A stretch of 64,000 nt of DNA from Allorhizobium sp. (GCA_051861045.1 JBHYDI010000007.1:87722-151721), one strand, 5' to 3'; counted from the first letter of the stretch, positions 32,741 to 44,394 are shown. Program-made: numbers and translations. Notes: a model not told the origin generated them from the letters alone.

Positions 32741-32863
32741 ACGAGTGGACGTGTGGCAAACATCAAGCGCTGACGGATCGGGGTCTATGCTCAAGAACTC
32801 AAGAACTCAAGGGCGTAAAGTCAGGCGTTCGCCATTGCCCAAGGCTGGATTCTTTGCCTTTGT

Positions 32864-32878
32864 TTTACCGGCAGTTAA
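32864..32878. promoter_or_regulatory. imperfect CtrA-type box upstream of parA
   Basis: TTTA-CCGGCAG-TTAA, one mismatch to TTAA-N7-TTAA, about 85 bp before ATG 32960. Confidence 0.35.
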
Positions 32879-32959
32879 GCATATCCGCTCCATTCTCGTC
32901 ACTCGATGTGATGATTTGGCGTTAGGGATGCCAGCCGAGTTTTGAGGACGGGAGCAGCG

Positions 32960-33685
32960 ATGCCTGTTTTGACTTTCGCCAATACAAAGGGCGGTGCCGG
33001 CAAGACGACAGCCGTGCTGTTGATCGCGACCGAACTGGCGCGGATAGGGCTCAGGGTTGCTGTCCTCGATGCGGATCCGCAGCACTGGATTTCGCGTTGG
33101 CACCAGCAGCTCGGGACCAACTGCCCGGAGCGGCTGCAAGTCGTCCCTTACGTGTCCGCAGCCAGTCTGGAACGTGAGATCCAACGCTGGCAGTCGGCAG
33201 TCGATCTTGTCATTCTGGATCTACCCGGGCATCGAAGCCCGCTGATCGCGCAGGCGATGGGGCATTCGGATTACGTGCTGATCCCCTCTCAAGGTTCGGC
33301 GATGGATGCCCAAGGGGCGGCCAATGTCATCGATCTTTTGAGCTATCTGGAAGACAAGGCGGGCGTTCGAATACCCCATTCCGTCGTCCTGACGCGGATC
33401 AATCCGATCATCACCACGCGGGCGCTGCAGGGTGTGAAACAACTCCTGGCGCAGAAGAGGGTGCATCTGCTGACGACGCCGATCATTGAACGCGCTGCAT
33501 TCCGCGACGTTTTCTCATGCGGCGAGACGCTCTACACCATGGATCCCCGCCACGTCAGCAATCTCGACCGGGCCCAGGAAAATGCCCAGATGCTCGGCCA
33601 AGAAGTGCTCGCGCGGCTGAAGCGCTATTGCTCGATCAACGCCGGGACGGCTCCGGCGCCAGAAACTGTCCGGCTTGTTGCTTGA
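32960..33685 (+). CDS. orphan ParA/MinD-family ATPase (short, no N-terminal HTH)
   Basis: Deviant Walker A KGGAGKTT, DADPQ, LDLPG; no parB nearby. Confidence 0.9.
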   Translation: MPVLTFANTKGGAGKTTAVLLIATELARIGLRVAVLDADPQHWISRWHQQLGTNCPERLQVVPYVSAASLEREIQRWQSAVDLVILDLPGHRSPLIAQAMGHSDYVLIPSQGSAMDAQGAANVIDLLSYLEDKAGVRIPHSVVLTRINPIITTRALQGVKQLLAQKRVHLLTTPIIERAAFRDVFSCGETLYTMDPRHVSNLDRAQENAQMLGQEVLARLKRYCSINAGTAPAPETVRLVA

Positions 33686-33714
33686 CACGCCTTTGAGGCG
33701 GTGAGAGCCGCCTC

Positions 33715-35469
33715 TTAGAACAGTGCTTCGTCGAACAGGTCTTCGTCGGATATCGGCTGAACCTGAAGGGCGGGCTCCGCGTCCATGCCTTCGGACAATG
33801 TGCCGAAAATCGTGACATGAACGTCGCGCTCAGACTTCATGGTGTAAGTCCTGAATATCTCGGCGCCGATATCCGACAAGACATGTTCAAGGCCTGCGCA
33901 TGGCGGTTCCTCGCTGACAGCCTCGACTGCCAGTGAGATACAATCGTCAAGGATGGCCGTCAGATCCTGATGGAAATCCAGGCCTGCCGTGGCCTTTCCC
34001 ACTTTCAGCGCGATCTCGTGTCCCTTCTGCTGCAGGTCGTCCAGCTTTTCGTCCAGGGCATCGCTCGCCTGAGACACATGGGCGAGGGCGATTTCGATGC
34101 GGGCGACGAGGTCCGGGTCGCCCTTCTCGTCGATGCTCGCTTCTGGCCGGCTGAGCCCAACCGCCTGCTCATCCAGAAGCCGCAGATGGGCGAGAGCGCG
34201 ATCGGTGACCTCATCGAGCCTTGCCGAAAAGGCACGCAGTTCATTGGTAACGACGTTGATGGCGCGGCTTTCCTCCCCGAGCTTGCTGCAGCGGAGATTG
34301 GTGTTGAGTGCCATGTACTGGATGTCGGTGCGGACGAGCTGGATGGTTTCGACGCTGTCGACGAGATCCTTCACCATGCCGCCGACGGCAGCACTCAATC
34401 TCTGTGCCTCGGCTGCGGACTGTTCGACCCCGGCAACCAGACTGCGGGCCGTCTGCAGGCTTTCCCGCACCTCCCCCATTGCAGAGGGTCTGCCAGCGTC
34501 ATCAGTGACCGTCAGCATGGAATTCTGTAGGTCCATCAGCACTGTCACGTCGTTGGAAAAGGCCCCGATATTGTGCACGATCGTTTTGCATTCTGCCCGG
34601 AAGTCTTCCGACATGGCAATCAACTGGTCGCGCACGAGGCAAGTCACCAGAAGGATTATCCGCTCCTTGTCCTCGGTAGAGAGGCCGTGTGCTGTCGAGG
34701 CCTGCAGATGGGCGCCGGCGATGTCGAAGGCTGTCTGGCAGTGCTCTAGCCGCTGACGCGTGACGTCACCGATCTGCAGCGACGACAAGGTGCCGGCGAG
34801 CCTGCTTTGCACCTGCATTGCGAGACCGGTTACCTTGGCAGCGAGACCGGCGAGAGACTTGCGTTGAATCTGGATGGCGCCGGCATTGCGGCCGAGGTCC
34901 TCGACGATGATTGGAATGGCGCGGTCATGTCCGTCGAGTCCATCGGTCCCGGCCCGGGCGCGGTTGATCAGGGCCTGCAGTGTGGCGATGCGCTCTCCGA
35001 ATGACTTTACCTCCTGCGTGGCAAACTGGATGCGCTCGACGATTTCTTCCGCAAAACCGGCAAAATCCGCAATGCCTGCGCCTGTGATCTTGGCGGTGAC
35101 GGCGAAGGTACGCAGATAGCGAAGAGTGTCCTCCATGGCGAGCACCTCGTCCGACAGTATCCGGCCATAATCGCCAATCCTGGCAAAGCGGTCTCGCATA
35201 TCCTGCTGCTGGGCGGGAAGGGCCCTGATCAGTCCGGCGGTGCAAAGGAGTTCTTCCGTGGCTTCTGTCGCTTCCTCCTCCTTCAGAGCATCGGATATGC
35301 CGCCGAGCGAGGCGAGCAGCCCGCTGAAGACGTCGAGCACGGCCACCAGCACGGTGCCCCCATCGAGAAAACGCTGCTCGATCTGGGCCAGCGCTGTGTC
35401 CAGTTTCTTGCCGATAGCGACCGCCGGGGTAGAGAAGCAATCGATTTGTTGCGCTCGCTGGGTGTTCAT
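33715..35469 (-). CDS. cytoplasmic MCP-like chemotaxis protein with degenerate signalling hairpins
   Basis: Last gene of the che operon; no TM segment; DIQYMALNTNLRCSKLGEESRAINVVTNELR resembles the MCP tip; LQIGDVTRQRLEH segment. Confidence 0.7.
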   Translation of the reverse strand: MNTQRAQQIDCFSTPAVAIGKKLDTALAQIEQRFLDGGTVLVAVLDVFSGLLASLGGISDALKEEEATEATEELLCTAGLIRALPAQQQDMRDRFARIGDYGRILSDEVLAMEDTLRYLRTFAVTAKITGAGIADFAGFAEEIVERIQFATQEVKSFGERIATLQALINRARAGTDGLDGHDRAIPIIVEDLGRNAGAIQIQRKSLAGLAAKVTGLAMQVQSRLAGTLSSLQIGDVTRQRLEHCQTAFDIAGAHLQASTAHGLSTEDKERIILLVTCLVRDQLIAMSEDFRAECKTIVHNIGAFSNDVTVLMDLQNSMLTVTDDAGRPSAMGEVRESLQTARSLVAGVEQSAAEAQRLSAAVGGMVKDLVDSVETIQLVRTDIQYMALNTNLRCSKLGEESRAINVVTNELRAFSARLDEVTDRALAHLRLLDEQAVGLSRPEASIDEKGDPDLVARIEIALAHVSQASDALDEKLDDLQQKGHEIALKVGKATAGLDFHQDLTAILDDCISLAVEAVSEEPPCAGLEHVLSDIGAEIFRTYTMKSERDVHVTIFGTLSEGMDAEPALQVQPISDEDLFDEALF

Positions 35470-35529
35470 CTCGGGCCTTCCTTGCTCTTGTCCATTTTGT
35501 CTCGTCGCGGTGGGCGCGGAGACATTGCT

Positions 35530-36618
35530 TCAACCGAGATGCCGTCGGTCTGCTGCCAGTATTTCGCGGGCGATATGCTCGAGTGGTAGGATGCGGTCGA
35601 CGCCGCCCCTTGCGATCGCCTCTTTCGGCATGCCGAAAACGACGGACGTTGCCTCGTCCTGTGCCACAGTGTAGGCGCCGGCCTTGTGCATCTCGTCCAT
35701 TCCCCGGGCGCCATCGTCTCCCATTCCGGTCATGATCACGCCCATGGCATTGGAGCCGGCCGCCCGGGCGGCGGAACGGAAGAGCACGTCGACCGAGGGG
35801 CGGTGGCGCGAGACGAGGGGGCCTTCCTTGATCGCGACCATGTAGCGCGCACCCTGGCGCTCGAGCAGCATGTGACGACCCCCGGGTGCGATCAGCACAT
35901 GGCCGCGCATGACCGGATCGCCATGAACAGCCTCCTTGACCTCGACCTGGCACAGCGTGTTGAGCCGCGAGGCGAAGGCGGAAGTGAATTTCTCCGGCAT
36001 GTGCTGGACGATGACCATGCCGGGCGCATTGGCGGGGAGGGCGACCAGCAGTTCGCGAAGGGCTTCGGTCCCACCGGTGGAGGCCCCAATGCAGGCTACC
36101 ATTTCCGTCGTCTTCGCCATCGGGCGTCCTGTCGGCGGTGGCAAGACGGCATCGGCAGTCAGCTTGGCCTCCGTAGCTCCCGGAAAGGGCGTGCGGCGGC
36201 GGTCGGACTTCACGCGCGCCAAGGCCGCCCCCTTCACCGTCTGGCGGATCATGGCCCCAGCTTCGGCCAAATGATCGGCAGCCCCGATCTTCGGCTTAAG
36301 GATGATGTCGACGGCACCGGCTTCGAGCGCCTGCATCAGCGTCTGCGAGCCCGCTTCCGTCAATGACGAACACATGACCACCGGGATCGGGTGCTGGGCC
36401 ATCAGCTTGCGCAGGAAGGTGATGCCGTCCATCTTCGGCATTTCCACGTCCAGCGTCACAACATCGGGGACTTCCTCCTGAATACGGCGTGCCGCAACGA
36501 AGGGATCGGATGCCACGCCCATGACCTCAATGTCGCCATCGGCCTCCAGGACCTGGGTCAGCGCCTGACGGACGCTGGCGGAGTCATCGACGATCAATAC
36601 CCGTATCTTCTTGGCCAT
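35530..36618 (-). CDS. cheB: chemotaxis methylesterase CheB
   Basis: REC (VDDS, DVEMP) plus [21 protein letters not shown]. Confidence 0.97.
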   Translation of the reverse strand: MAKKIRVLIVDDSASVRQALTQVLEADGDIEVMGVASDPFVAARRIQEEVPDVVTLDVEMPKMDGITFLRKLMAQHPIPVVMCSSLTEAGSQTLMQALEAGAVDIILKPKIGAADHLAEAGAMIRQTVKGAALARVKSDRRRTPFPGATEAKLTADAVLPPPTGRPMAKTTEMVACIGASTGGTEALRELLVALPANAPGMVIVQHMPEKFTSAFASRLNTLCQVEVKEAVHGDPVMRGHVLIAPGGRHMLLERQGARYMVAIKEGPLVSRHRPSVDVLFRSAARAAGSNAMGVIMTGMGDDGARGMDEMHKAGAYTVAQDEATSVVFGMPKEAIARGGVDRILPLEHIAREILAADRRHLG

Positions 36619-36625
36619 CGCGCGA

Positions 36626-37516
36626 TCAGACCTTCTGAAAGACGGTGTTGGCTACCTGCCGGACGGGCAAGGCGAAGCCGGTGATGGTTTCGGAGTGACC
36701 GACATAGAGGTAGCCGCCAGGAACCAGCTTTTCGCAGAGGCGGGACAGCACCTTTTCCTGTGTCTTCTTGTCGAAGTAGATCAGGACGTTGCGGCAAAAG
36801 ATAACATGCATGGCGTCGCCCACTTTGTAGGACGCATCCATGAGGTTCAGCCTGGCAAAACCCACCTTGGAGCGCAGCTGGGGATGGATGCGCACCTCGT
36901 TACGGCCGGCGTCGCGGGGCTCCATCACATAGCGTTTGCGGCGCTCCTTATCGACAGGCTCGATCATGGCGCTGGAGAAAATACCCCGCTTTGCAACCCG
37001 GAGCACGTCGGTCGACAGATCCGTGGCGAGGATCGAATAATCCGGGCCACTCCTCTCCCGGATGAAATCCTCGATGACCATCGCAAGTGTATAGGGTTCG
37101 GCTCCGATCGAGCAGGCAGAGCTCCAGACGCGCAGTCGCCGGTGGCCTTGAGCGACCAGATCCGGCAGAGCCTTGCCGGTCAGGTGGTCGAAATGCGCCG
37201 GCTCGCGGAAGAAGTCGGTCTTGTTGGTGGTCACCACGTCAATGAGGTGGATGGCCTCGCTCTCGATGCCCCCGTCATGGAAGAGGTAATCGCAATACTG
37301 GTTGAGCCCGTCGATGCCGACGAAACGCAGGCGGCGGCGCAGTCGCCCCTCCAGCATTGTCTTCTTCGCGAGGGGCATCTTGATGCCGCTGTAATCGTAA
37401 ATGTAGCGAGACAGCAGCTCAAAATTGCGGGGGCTCAGGCCGTCACCAAGGGCAGATGCCATCGGTCGGCGCTCCTGGTCGGTGGTCACTGACGTCTTCA
37501 AGGCTTGAGCAATCAT
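36626..37516 (-). CDS. cheR: chemotaxis methyltransferase CheR
   Basis: [46 protein letters not shown]. Confidence 0.97.
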   Translation of the reverse strand: MIAQALKTSVTTDQERRPMASALGDGLSPRNFELLSRYIYDYSGIKMPLAKKTMLEGRLRRRLRFVGIDGLNQYCDYLFHDGGIESEAIHLIDVVTTNKTDFFREPAHFDHLTGKALPDLVAQGHRRLRVWSSACSIGAEPYTLAMVIEDFIRERSGPDYSILATDLSTDVLRVAKRGIFSSAMIEPVDKERRKRYVMEPRDAGRNEVRIHPQLRSKVGFARLNLMDASYKVGDAMHVIFCRNVLIYFDKKTQEKVLSRLCEKLVPGGYLYVGHSETITGFALPVRQVANTVFQKV

Positions 37517-38007
37517 GCGTGTTCCAGGGTATTCGTCGCGACAGAGCCGAGGGCACGTACGTCCGTGCCCGAGAAGAGTTTCGTCAGATTGACGATGACG
37601 ACGAAATCACCGGCGCGCCTTACCACTCCGGCGATGTAGTCAGACTGCCAGCGGATACCGATATCCGGGGCTGCCTCGATCGCGTCGTTGCGGAAGGAGG
37701 TGACCTCGAAGACACGGTCAGCCACCAGGCCAAGCGACAAGGAGCGGCCATCGATCTTTACCTCGATGACGAGAATGCGCGTATGCGGCGTCTTCTGGGT
37801 CTGGGACATGCCAAGCCGAAGGCGCAGATCAATGACCGGCACGCCCTGACCGCGAACATCGCGCAGACCCAGGAGATAGGCAGGGCCGTGGGGGATACGG
37901 AAGGGATCCTCGTGGTCGAGGATCTCCCGGACGACCTCGACCGGAACGGCAAAGCATTCGTTTTCAAGGCTGAAGGTCACATATTGTGATTCAGTTGCAT
38001 TGGCCAT
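37513..38007 (-). CDS. cheW: CheW
   Basis: VREIL, GLRDVRGQGVPVIDLR, GLVADRV. Confidence 0.93.
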   Translation of the reverse strand: MANATESQYVTFSLENECFAVPVEVVREILDHEDPFRIPHGPAYLLGLRDVRGQGVPVIDLRLRLGMSQTQKTPHTRILVIEVKIDGRSLSLGLVADRVFEVTSFRNDAIEAAPDIGIRWQSDYIAGVVRRAGDFVVIVNLTKLFSGTDVRALGSVATNTLEHA

Positions 38008-38146
38008 GAGGCGCTCTCCTAGAGGTTCTGCACCGCACCGGATCCCTTGTCGCTCTGGACAGGCGAGGCGGGAGCCAGCGAAGGGTCACCGGCCCGTCCG
38101 TGACACAAAGACGAGCCGGTGTTCGAGTTGGTGTTAATCGGTCCCG

Positions 38147-39949
38147 TCAGGCCGACTGGCGAAACTGGTCGTCGTCGCCGTCCGGTCCGCCCATGCTCAT
38201 GTCGAGGGCGAAACCACGTCCCTGTGCTGCCGCGGGTGCCGCCTTTGCGAGTGGGCGCTTCGCCGACGCCGGGTTCGCCATCTTTGCCGCAACTGCCTTC
38301 AGCTGTTTTGCCTGGTTCAGGTTGCCCTGCTTTGCCGAGGTATCCACCTTGAAGAAGGCGATGGAGGCTTGCAGTTCTTCGGCCTGGGCGGCGAGCTCTT
38401 CCGAGGTGGCGGACATTTCTTCCGATGCTCCGGCATTCTGCTGGGTCACCTTGTCGAGCTGCTGGATTGCCTCGTTGATCTGGCTGGAGCCGATGTCTTG
38501 CTCGCGGCAGGCTGCCGAGATTTCCGAGACCAGTTCGGCAGTCTTGCGGATATCCGGCACGAGCCGTGTCAGCATCTCGCCGGCCTGGGTGGCGACCGAG
38601 ACGGTCTCGCTCGAGAGGCCGGAAATTTCGGCCGCTGCCGCCTGGCTGCGTTCGGCAAGCTTGCGCACTTCGGAAGCCACGACCGCAAAACCTCGGCCAT
38701 GTTCGCCGGCGCGGGCGGCTTCCACCGCCGCGTTCAACGCCAGCAGATCGGTCTGGCGGGCGATTTCCTGGACGATCGAGATCTTCTCGGCAATCGTGCG
38801 CATGGCGGTGACGGCCTTGTCGACGGCCTTGCCGCTTTCCTCGGCGTCGGTCGCCGACTGGCGGGCGATCTTCTCGGTCTGGGCGGCGTTGTCGGCGTTC
38901 TGCTTGATGTTGGCGGCCATCTCTTCCATCGAGGCGGAGGCTTCTTCGGCAGATGATGCCTGCTCGGTCGCGCCCTGCGACAGCTGTTCGGAGCCCGAAG
39001 ACAGCTGCTGGCTGCCGGCCGAGACATTGTCCGAAGCTGCGAGTGCATCGCTGACGACGCCGCGCAGGCGTTCGACCATGCTTTCCAGTGCGAGGCCCAG
39101 CGAATCCTTGTCCGACAGCGGCTTCGGCGTAACAGTCAGGTCACCATTGGCAATCTGGCTGGCGATGCCGGCGATCTGGCGGAGATTGGCGGTCATCTTG
39201 TTGATGGTCTCGACCAGATCGCGAATTTCGTCGTTTGTCTTTATTTCAACGTTCTGTTCCAGGTCACCGATCGAGACGGCCTCCGCAACGAGCTTGATCT
39301 TGTTCAGGCCGTTACTAATGCTCATTGCGATCCAGGTCGCGGTCGCGATTGCTGCAAAGACAGCCAGTGCAGCTACACCTAGGAGAATGTTGCGCGTCGA
39401 GAAATAGAGCGCATCGGTATCTTGATCGGCCTGCTTCATCTGGTCACGGTTGGACTCCATCCGTGCGTTGATGGTTTCCTCGATCTTGTCGGTTATGGCC
39501 CGGGCCTCGACCATGATCAGCCTCGTTGCGCCGGCTCTATCCCCAGCTCTCGCGAGTTCCCTGAGGCGGCGGTCGAGGGTCTGGATTTGCTGAAAGTCTG
39601 TCTGGACCTCCTGCCACATCTTCTTGCCGGCTTCCGTTGGGGCAGACTGAACGAGCCAGGTAACCGTCTCCTCGAACTTCTTCAGGTTACGGTCGCTGGC
39701 TTCAATATACTTCGCGACGTCGGACTGCGTTTCCGAAAGGGCTATATTGGTCTGTGCACGCGTCAGGCGGAGCTGGATGTTGCCAAGTTCCTGAGCTTTC
39801 TCGAGCCGGGCCGCCGGACCTGCAATCGTATCGGAGATCGACTGATTGAGGATGCCGAGGCTGTAAATTCCATAGCCCATCGTGCTGACGAGCAACACAA
39901 GCATCAGGCCGAACGCCGCTGCCAGCTTAAATTTGATCGTGAAACGCAT
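38147..39949 (-). CDS. methyl-accepting chemotaxis protein (TM-four-helix sensor-TM-2xHAMP-signalling)
   Basis: MRFTIKFKL start; [35 protein letters not shown]. Confidence 0.96.
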   Translation of the reverse strand: MRFTIKFKLAAAFGLMLVLLVSTMGYGIYSLGILNQSISDTIAGPAARLEKAQELGNIQLRLTRAQTNIALSETQSDVAKYIEASDRNLKKFEETVTWLVQSAPTEAGKKMWQEVQTDFQQIQTLDRRLRELARAGDRAGATRLIMVEARAITDKIEETINARMESNRDQMKQADQDTDALYFSTRNILLGVAALAVFAAIATATWIAMSISNGLNKIKLVAEAVSIGDLEQNVEIKTNDEIRDLVETINKMTANLRQIAGIASQIANGDLTVTPKPLSDKDSLGLALESMVERLRGVVSDALAASDNVSAGSQQLSSGSEQLSQGATEQASSAEEASASMEEMAANIKQNADNAAQTEKIARQSATDAEESGKAVDKAVTAMRTIAEKISIVQEIARQTDLLALNAAVEAARAGEHGRGFAVVASEVRKLAERSQAAAAEISGLSSETVSVATQAGEMLTRLVPDIRKTAELVSEISAACREQDIGSSQINEAIQQLDKVTQQNAGASEEMSATSEELAAQAEELQASIAFFKVDTSAKQGNLNQAKQLKAVAAKMANPASAKRPLAKAAPAAAQGRGFALDMSMGGPDGDDDQFRQSA

Positions 39950-40149
39950 AAGTTTGTCCCCATGTCCTGGTGTCGTCATGTCAAAGTTTGTGCATGTGTC
40001 TGTCCGCGAGCAGACCAGAGGAAGCGGCTATTGATGCAAGGACAGGTCGCAGCGGGTTTGGTCGCTGCGCAGGTCACTCGCCAGATTTCATTCGACAGAA
40101 GTGAGGACATTCACTTCCCGCCGGGTTCTCCGGCCGATTTGATCAGAGG

Positions 40150-40173
40150 CTGCGCCCGGGGAGCCGGGCGCAG
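40150..40173 (-). terminator. stem-loop just after the upstream MCP gene (terminator or mRNA-stabilising hairpin)
   Basis: Perfect 10-bp stem ctgcgcccgg-ggag-ccgggcgcag; no clear U-tract. Confidence 0.4.
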
Positions 40174-40178
40174 ATCGT

Positions 40179-41867
40179 TCAGGCGACCCGGAATTCCTGG
40201 TCGTCGCTGTCGGGTCCGCCCATGCTCATGTCGAGCGCAAAGCCCTGGCCTTTGGACGGACCGGCGCTCGGCCGTGCGGCAGGCCGCTTCGCCGGAGCGT
40301 GGCTTGCCATTTTCGCGGCGACTGCCTTCAGTTGCTTGGCCTGATTGCTGCCCTGTGCGCTCGACGGTCTGGCCGACGTATCCACCTTGAAGAAGGCGAT
40401 GGAGGCTTGCAGTTCCTCGGCCTGGGCTGCGAGCTCTTCCGAGGTGGCGGACATTTCTTCCGATGCTCCGGCATTCTGCTGGGTCACCTTGTCGAGCTGC
40501 TGGATTGCCTCGTTGATCTGGCTGGAGCCGATGTCCTGCTCGCGGCAGGCTGCCGAGATTTCCGAGACCAGTTCGGCAGTCTTGCGGATATCCGGCACGA
40601 GCCGTGTCAGCATCTCGCCGGCCTGGGTGGCGACCGAGACGGTCTCGCTCGAGAGGCCGGAAATTTCGGCCGCTGCCGCCTGGCTGCGTTCGGCAAGCTT
40701 GCGCACTTCGGAAGCCACGACCGCAAAACCTCGGCCATGTTCGCCGGCGCGGGCGGCTTCCACCGCCGCGTTCAACGCCAGCAGATCGGTCTGACGGGCG
40801 ATTTCCTGGACGATCGAGATCTTCTCGGCAATCGTGCGCATGGCGGTGACGGCCTTGTCGACGGCCTTGCCGCTTTCTTCAGCATCGGTCGCCGACTGGC
40901 GAGCGATCTTTTCCGTCTGGGCAGCATTGTCGGCGTTCTGCTTGATGTTGGCGGCCATCTCTTCCATCGAGGCGGAGGCCTCTTCGGCAGACGATGCCTG
41001 TTCGGTTGCGCCCTGCGACAACTGCTCGGAGCCCGAAGACAGTTGCTGGCTGCCGGCCGACACGTTGTCGGACGCGGCCAGCGCGTCGCCGACGACAGCA
41101 CGCAGGCGCTCGACCATGGCGTTGACGTGACCCAGCAGCATGCCGATTTCGTCGCTGGTGCGGATTTCGGCGAACTTGGTCAGGTCGCCCTCAGACACGC
41201 GCTGTACGGTGGTGACCGCCGTGCCAATGCCGCGGCTGATGGAGATGATGATCCAGAGGGCGGCGCCAAGGGCTGCGACCGAAGCGACGGCCGCAAGGCC
41301 GATCACGATCGAGCGGATGCTGACATATTCATCCGTCGCGTTCTTGCTTGCGGTTGCCAGGCGTTCGCGTTCCAGCTCGAAGACTTCCGACAGCAGTTCG
41401 TCGATCTGCGAGGTCGCCTCGCGGGCGGTGGTCGTCGAGATGCGCGACGCTGCGTCGAGATTGCCCGAAAGGATAAAGCTGCGGATCTGATCATCCTGCT
41501 TGCGGAAGTCGGCGGTGAGGCCCTTCAGCTTGTTCCACAGGACCAAGCCCTGTTCCGTGGCCTTGCCAAGGATGATGTCGAAGGTTTCATCATATTCGGC
41601 GCGAGCCTTGTCACTGTTGACGATGTATCCTTCCGTCTCGGCTGTGGAGGTGGATACCAGCATGTTCTTCTGCTGACGAACCTGCTGCAATTGGGCGATG
41701 GCGAGGTCTTGGGCAGCACTCAGACGAGCGGCTGGACCGTTGAGAGTTTCCGTCCAATGGGTGTTGACATCGGCAATGCTCGTCACGCTGTAGAAGGCTG
41801 TGCCGACCAGCATGGTGATGATGAAGCCGAATGCCATGAGAAGTTTGAGTTTGATCGTGAAGCGCAT
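40179..41867 (-). CDS. methyl-accepting chemotaxis protein (TM-four-helix sensor-TM-HAMP-signalling)
   Basis: MRFTIKLKL start; signalling domain essentially identical to 38147-39949. Confidence 0.96.
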   Translation of the reverse strand: MRFTIKLKLLMAFGFIITMLVGTAFYSVTSIADVNTHWTETLNGPAARLSAAQDLAIAQLQQVRQQKNMLVSTSTAETEGYIVNSDKARAEYDETFDIILGKATEQGLVLWNKLKGLTADFRKQDDQIRSFILSGNLDAASRISTTTAREATSQIDELLSEVFELERERLATASKNATDEYVSIRSIVIGLAAVASVAALGAALWIIISISRGIGTAVTTVQRVSEGDLTKFAEIRTSDEIGMLLGHVNAMVERLRAVVGDALAASDNVSAGSQQLSSGSEQLSQGATEQASSAEEASASMEEMAANIKQNADNAAQTEKIARQSATDAEESGKAVDKAVTAMRTIAEKISIVQEIARQTDLLALNAAVEAARAGEHGRGFAVVASEVRKLAERSQAAAAEISGLSSETVSVATQAGEMLTRLVPDIRKTAELVSEISAACREQDIGSSQINEAIQQLDKVTQQNAGASEEMSATSEELAAQAEELQASIAFFKVDTSARPSSAQGSNQAKQLKAVAAKMASHAPAKRPAARPSAGPSKGQGFALDMSMGGPDSDDQEFRVA

Positions 41868-41884
41868 GGCCCCCTCGCTTTCTA

Positions 41885-42397
41885 TCAAGCTGTCGCTGAA
41901 ATGGTGGATCCGCGCTGCGAGGCGAAAATGGCCTGCAGGTTGGGAAGAATGATGAATTCGCCTTCCCTCTTGACGAGGGCATGGATGTAATCGGGACGCC
42001 AACGCATCCCCACGATCGGCGGCGGCTCGCTGGCCGAGGCCGGAAGGCGGGTGACTTCGTGCACCTTGTCGGTGCGGATGCCGATGAGGGAGAGTTCGCC
42101 GTCGAGGTCCAGTTCCGTCACCACGATCCGGCTGTCGATCGTGACGTCACCGGCTTCCATGCCGAAGGCGACACGGATGTCGGCCAAGGGGATGACCTTG
42201 CCACGGAAGTTGATGACGCTGCCGACGAAGGGCAGACTGCCGGGCACGCTTGTTTCGGGCAGGAGATCGAGGATTTCCTGAACGATCGTCGCTTCAATGG
42301 CAAAAGTTTCGCCATTCAGCGTGAAGGTCAGAACTGAGAGATCGTCCGCGCCCATGAAGACCGCGCGGTGGTCCGTCTTTGCATGTTGTTCGCTCAT
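41885..42397 (-). CDS. cheW: CheW
   Basis: [23 protein letters not shown]; ATGA overlap with cheA. Confidence 0.93.
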   Translation of the reverse strand: MSEQHAKTDHRAVFMGADDLSVLTFTLNGETFAIEATIVQEILDLLPETSVPGSLPFVGSVINFRGKVIPLADIRVAFGMEAGDVTIDSRIVVTELDLDGELSLIGIRTDKVHEVTRLPASASEPPPIVGMRWRPDYIHALVKREGEFIILPNLQAIFASQRGSTISATA

Positions 42398-44394
42398 CCT
42401 GCAGCCCGCAATTGCGCCTCCTGTTGCTGTCCGGCCGCGATCAGGTGCGCAACATCGAGGATCAGGGCAACGTTTCCATCGCCGAGGATCGTCGCGCCCG
42501 AGAAGGACGACACCTGGTCATGCAGCTTGGACATGGATTTGATCACTGTCTGGTGGTCGCCGATGATCTGGTCGACGACGAGACCGACGCGTTCGCGTCC
42601 GGTCGAGATGACGACGACCTTCTGGTATTGATCCGGCTGGCTGCCGGTTCGGAAGAGTTCGCGAAGCCGGAGGAAGGGGACCAGATCGTCCCGCAGCGAG
42701 ATGAAGCTGCGTCCTCTGGAGCGAAGATCCTCATCGATCGAAAGTTCGAGGCATTCCTCGACGGCAGACAGCGGAATGACGTAGTTGCCATTGCCGACCC
42801 GCACGAGCAGGCCGTCGATAATGGCAAGGGTCAGCGGAATGCGCAGGGCGATTTCCGCGCCGGCACCCTCGTCGCTCTTCACGTCGATCGAGCCGCGCAA
42901 GGCCTCGATGGTCTTCTTGACCACGTCCATGCCGACGCCACGGCCCGAAAGGTTGGTGACCTTCTCAGCGGTCGAGAAACCCGGCTGAAAGATCTGCTGC
43001 AGCAGTTCCTGGTCTGACAGGGGCTGGCCCGGCTGGATCAGACCATTGGCCTCGGCCTTGGCCCGGACCCGAGCCCGATCAATGCCGCGACCGTCATCCT
43101 TGATGGTGATGACCACTTCGCTGCCGGTCTGATGTGCCGAGAGGGTTACCTGACCCACAGCCGGCTTTCCGGAAGCGATCCGGTCCTGCGGCAGTTCCAG
43201 GCCGTGGTCGATCGAATTGCGCACGAGATGGACGAGCGGATCGGCCAGCCGGTCGATGACAGTCTTGTCGACTTCCGTGCTCTCGCCGGTGGTAACGAGC
43301 TCGATTTCCTTGCCGGTCTCGCGTGCGAGGTCGTGAACCAACCGGCGGAAGCGGCTGAACAGGCTCGCCACCGGCATCATGCGCAGGACCATCATCGTGT
43401 CACGCAATTCGCCGGCCAGACGCTCGATTTCTTCGGAGACGGAGCGCAACCCGAGATCGACGGCCGATCCGGCCATCTGGCTCAGTCTTGATTGCGCTAT
43501 CACCAGTTCGCCGACGCGGTCCATCATCTCGTCGAGGCGCAGAGCCGGGACGCGTACGTTATCCGACTGCCGCTGGGACTTGGCGTCACCGACCGCAGCC
43601 CGCTGTTCTTCGCGAGCGGAGGGCGCTTCAGTGGCCTGCACTTCAACTGGTTGCGCTACCACCGACGCTGAATCGCTGGCTTCGGCCGCCGGTGTCACGT
43701 CCCTCAAGTCCATCACCATCTCGTCCATGACGAAGATGAAGACGTCCTCGATGTCGGAGCGAGGCTTGTCGGTGACGATGGTCGCGTTCCAGCCGAGATA
43801 AAGCTGCCGCGGATCCATTGTGTCGAGCGTCGGCAATGCGTCAGTGCTGACGCTGAGTTTGCACTCGCCAAGCTCCCGCAATTCGTCAATCAGGCCCAAG
43901 GGGTTTGTCCCATTGATCATCGAATCGGCCGGAAGTCGGAAGTCGAGCTGCCAGGTGCGCAGGGTCGGTGCTGCCGATGCCTGCTGCTTGCTGGCGATCG
44001 GCTGATTGGAGCTCGATGCTTCACGACCGACGGCCCTGTGCAACTGCTCCAGCAGACGTGTGCTCATGGCGTCATGGTCGCCATTGGGCTGGTCGAGCAA
44101 AGCCTGCATATGGCCCTGTGCGTCAAGGACGGCGGCGATCAGTTCGCTGGTCGCTGGCGCCTCGCCCTTGCGCACCCGGTCGAAAGCCGTTTCGCAATGA
44201 TGCGTGAAAGCAGCGAGCTGGTCGAAACCGAACATCGAGCCCGATCCCTTAAGCGTGTGCAGGCCGCGGAACACGGCATCGATCTGCGCCCTGTCGTCGA
44301 GGTTGCGGGTCAGGTCGAGCAGGCCGGCTTCGATGACCTCCAACTGTTCGGCCGCTTCCGTGCGGAAGACAGCTATGGGATCGAGATTGTTCAT
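42394..44394 (-). CDS. cheA: chemotaxis histidine kinase CheA
   Basis: Hpt FRGLHTLKG, LVHLVRNSIDHG, DDGRGID, GFSTA..SGRGVGMDVV, P5 domain. Confidence 0.98.
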   Translation of the reverse strand: MNNLDPIAVFRTEAAEQLEVIEAGLLDLTRNLDDRAQIDAVFRGLHTLKGSGSMFGFDQLAAFTHHCETAFDRVRKGEAPATSELIAAVLDAQGHMQALLDQPNGDHDAMSTRLLEQLHRAVGREASSSNQPIASKQQASAAPTLRTWQLDFRLPADSMINGTNPLGLIDELRELGECKLSVSTDALPTLDTMDPRQLYLGWNATIVTDKPRSDIEDVFIFVMDEMVMDLRDVTPAAEASDSASVVAQPVEVQATEAPSAREEQRAAVGDAKSQRQSDNVRVPALRLDEMMDRVGELVIAQSRLSQMAGSAVDLGLRSVSEEIERLAGELRDTMMVLRMMPVASLFSRFRRLVHDLARETGKEIELVTTGESTEVDKTVIDRLADPLVHLVRNSIDHGLELPQDRIASGKPAVGQVTLSAHQTGSEVVITIKDDGRGIDRARVRAKAEANGLIQPGQPLSDQELLQQIFQPGFSTAEKVTNLSGRGVGMDVVKKTIEALRGSIDVKSDEGAGAEIALRIPLTLAIIDGLLVRVGNGNYVIPLSAVEECLELSIDEDLRSRGRSFISLRDDLVPFLRLRELFRTGSQPDQYQKVVVISTGRERVGLVVDQIIGDHQTVIKSMSKLHDQVSSFSGATILGDGNVALILDVAHLIAAGQQQEAQLRAAG

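Noticed and set aside
32540-32773. 77-aa ORF as a functional gene
   Set aside because: Only its second half resembles IS256 transposase; treated as a remnant.
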